Positions 62,701 to 64,000 of a DNA stretch of 64,000 bases are shown here, piece after piece (the first letter of the stretch is position 1; every line of letters starts with the position of its first letter). The position numbers were made by a program, and so were the translations under genes. Source of the stretch: the human T2T-CHM13v2.0 reference genome, Homo sapiens. The stretch lies in the NCBI RefSeq assembly GCF_009914755.1, contig NC_060947.1, one strand, 5' to 3'. The notes under the pieces are model-generated. The model was given only the letters and a program-made list of their open reading frames with translations, did no database searches and was not told the origin of the DNA.

Positions 62701-64000
62701 GTATGATGTAGTGCCAGAAAGTGTCTGTCAATGACGCCGGATAAACCCATACAGAATAGTTGGAACCTTAGTTATCATCTGTAAATAGAGGCAACTACTC
62801 TACAACCACCTGGCTGTTAAAATGTCCCAGGCCAGTTATAAAATGTAGTTTGGTCAGGCCAGCTTTTCCCTCCCAGCTGATCTGAAACAGGATAGCCTTT
62901 AAAATTGTCGCCCTTCTCTACCTTCCTACTTTCCTTTCACTCATTAAAATCAACCAAAGTTATTTTAAAATGTATGTTAATAATGTGTTCCCAAATAAGC
63001 AATGGGTTAAGGACATCTCAGTAATAAGTCTTTGAACACCATCACTTACAGGCTTGACGCACTTGTCCAATTGAAGATAGGTGGGAGATGGATGAAAATG
63101 TATACCACATCCAAAATGGCATTTCAAACTATTCTTAGCTACTAAATGAGGGTGCTGAAAGGTCTAACTGAGAAGGCTTCACAAAGGCTGGCCTGAGAAA
63201 GAACTTTTCACAAAGCCTAGCTCAAGGAGACTTAAATATCCTTAGCCCTTCATCATTGAAGATTATGGTGACTAATTATCTTCTTCTCTGAATGGGAGAA
63301 GAGGGTTATATTCATAAAAGTTTTAAACTGCCTCCCAACGTCCACTCTTCATGGCGGGGAGGGAGGAGAACTTCATGCACTAAACATCCCAGGTTGTTGA
63401 AAAGTTCGTTCTAAAACATACACTAGAGATTGAAAATGCTGTTTCTCACCAACTTTCTCTTTCCTTGCTCATTTAATTCTACTTAGTCCCTTTATGCAAA
63501 TTATTATATTATTATTAGTGGCAATCTACCAGGAACTGCTCACAGTCTATTAAAGACTGTTATTTTCCCTCCCCCTTTTCTTTCTCTTCATTTTCACAAA
63601 CCCATGAAGCCCATCTTACTGTTGAAGCACCAATGTGCAGTGGCCCAGGCTTGGACCCTCAAGACACCCTCAAGATCCCCCAAAACTATTTACTAACATC
63701 TTTGGATCTTCTAAAGCAGATAGGGGCAACTCCCTCCTCACCACCACTATCACTACCACCACAAGCACTACCACCACCACCACACATCTCAAAGAGTAGC
63801 CTTGTTTTAGATTACACAGACTTTAAAACTTCAAGAATTCACGGTCCTACCCCTCCTGCTCCCGCCTCAGGGAGTGTGAGTCCCCACCCCAAGCCTAAGC
63901 ACTTAGCAGAAACCTATCTAGTTATCTGAGATAAGCACTGACATGCATGCTGGGCTAAATGTAGATTTCAGCTTCCCTCGGGTCTTTAGCTCCTCAATGT

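Overview
Human (primate) genomic DNA covering nearly all of the X-linked angiomotin gene (AMOT) on the minus strand. I resolved 11 coding exons with GT-AG boundaries (46971 ATG to 2443 TAA). Their summed length is 3228 nt = 1075 aa, 9 aa shorter than the 1084-aa p130 I recall, which points to a 27-bp in-frame deletion in the Ala/Pro-rich exon. The window also holds two probable 5'UTR exons, about 2.4 kb of 3'UTR, intronic MIR4329 and ordinary interspersed repeats (12 near-full Alus plus an Alu fragment, a MaLR solo LTR, MER20, MER58A, MIR, L2, L1). The first exon/promoter probably lies just beyond the right edge and the 3' end beyond the left edge. Most notable hypotheses: (1) an AUG-less upstream frame that overlaps the p130 start out of frame but becomes an in-frame N-terminal extension of p80 when the 934-nt exon is skipped; (2) a near-consensus alternative donor that would swap the C-terminal PDZ motif EYLI for NYSL; (3) the 27-bp deletion allele; (4) inverted-Alu-bracketed exons and several perfect palindromes. 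No prokaryote-type systems are present, and nearly all short ORFs in the track are repeat or intron noise.
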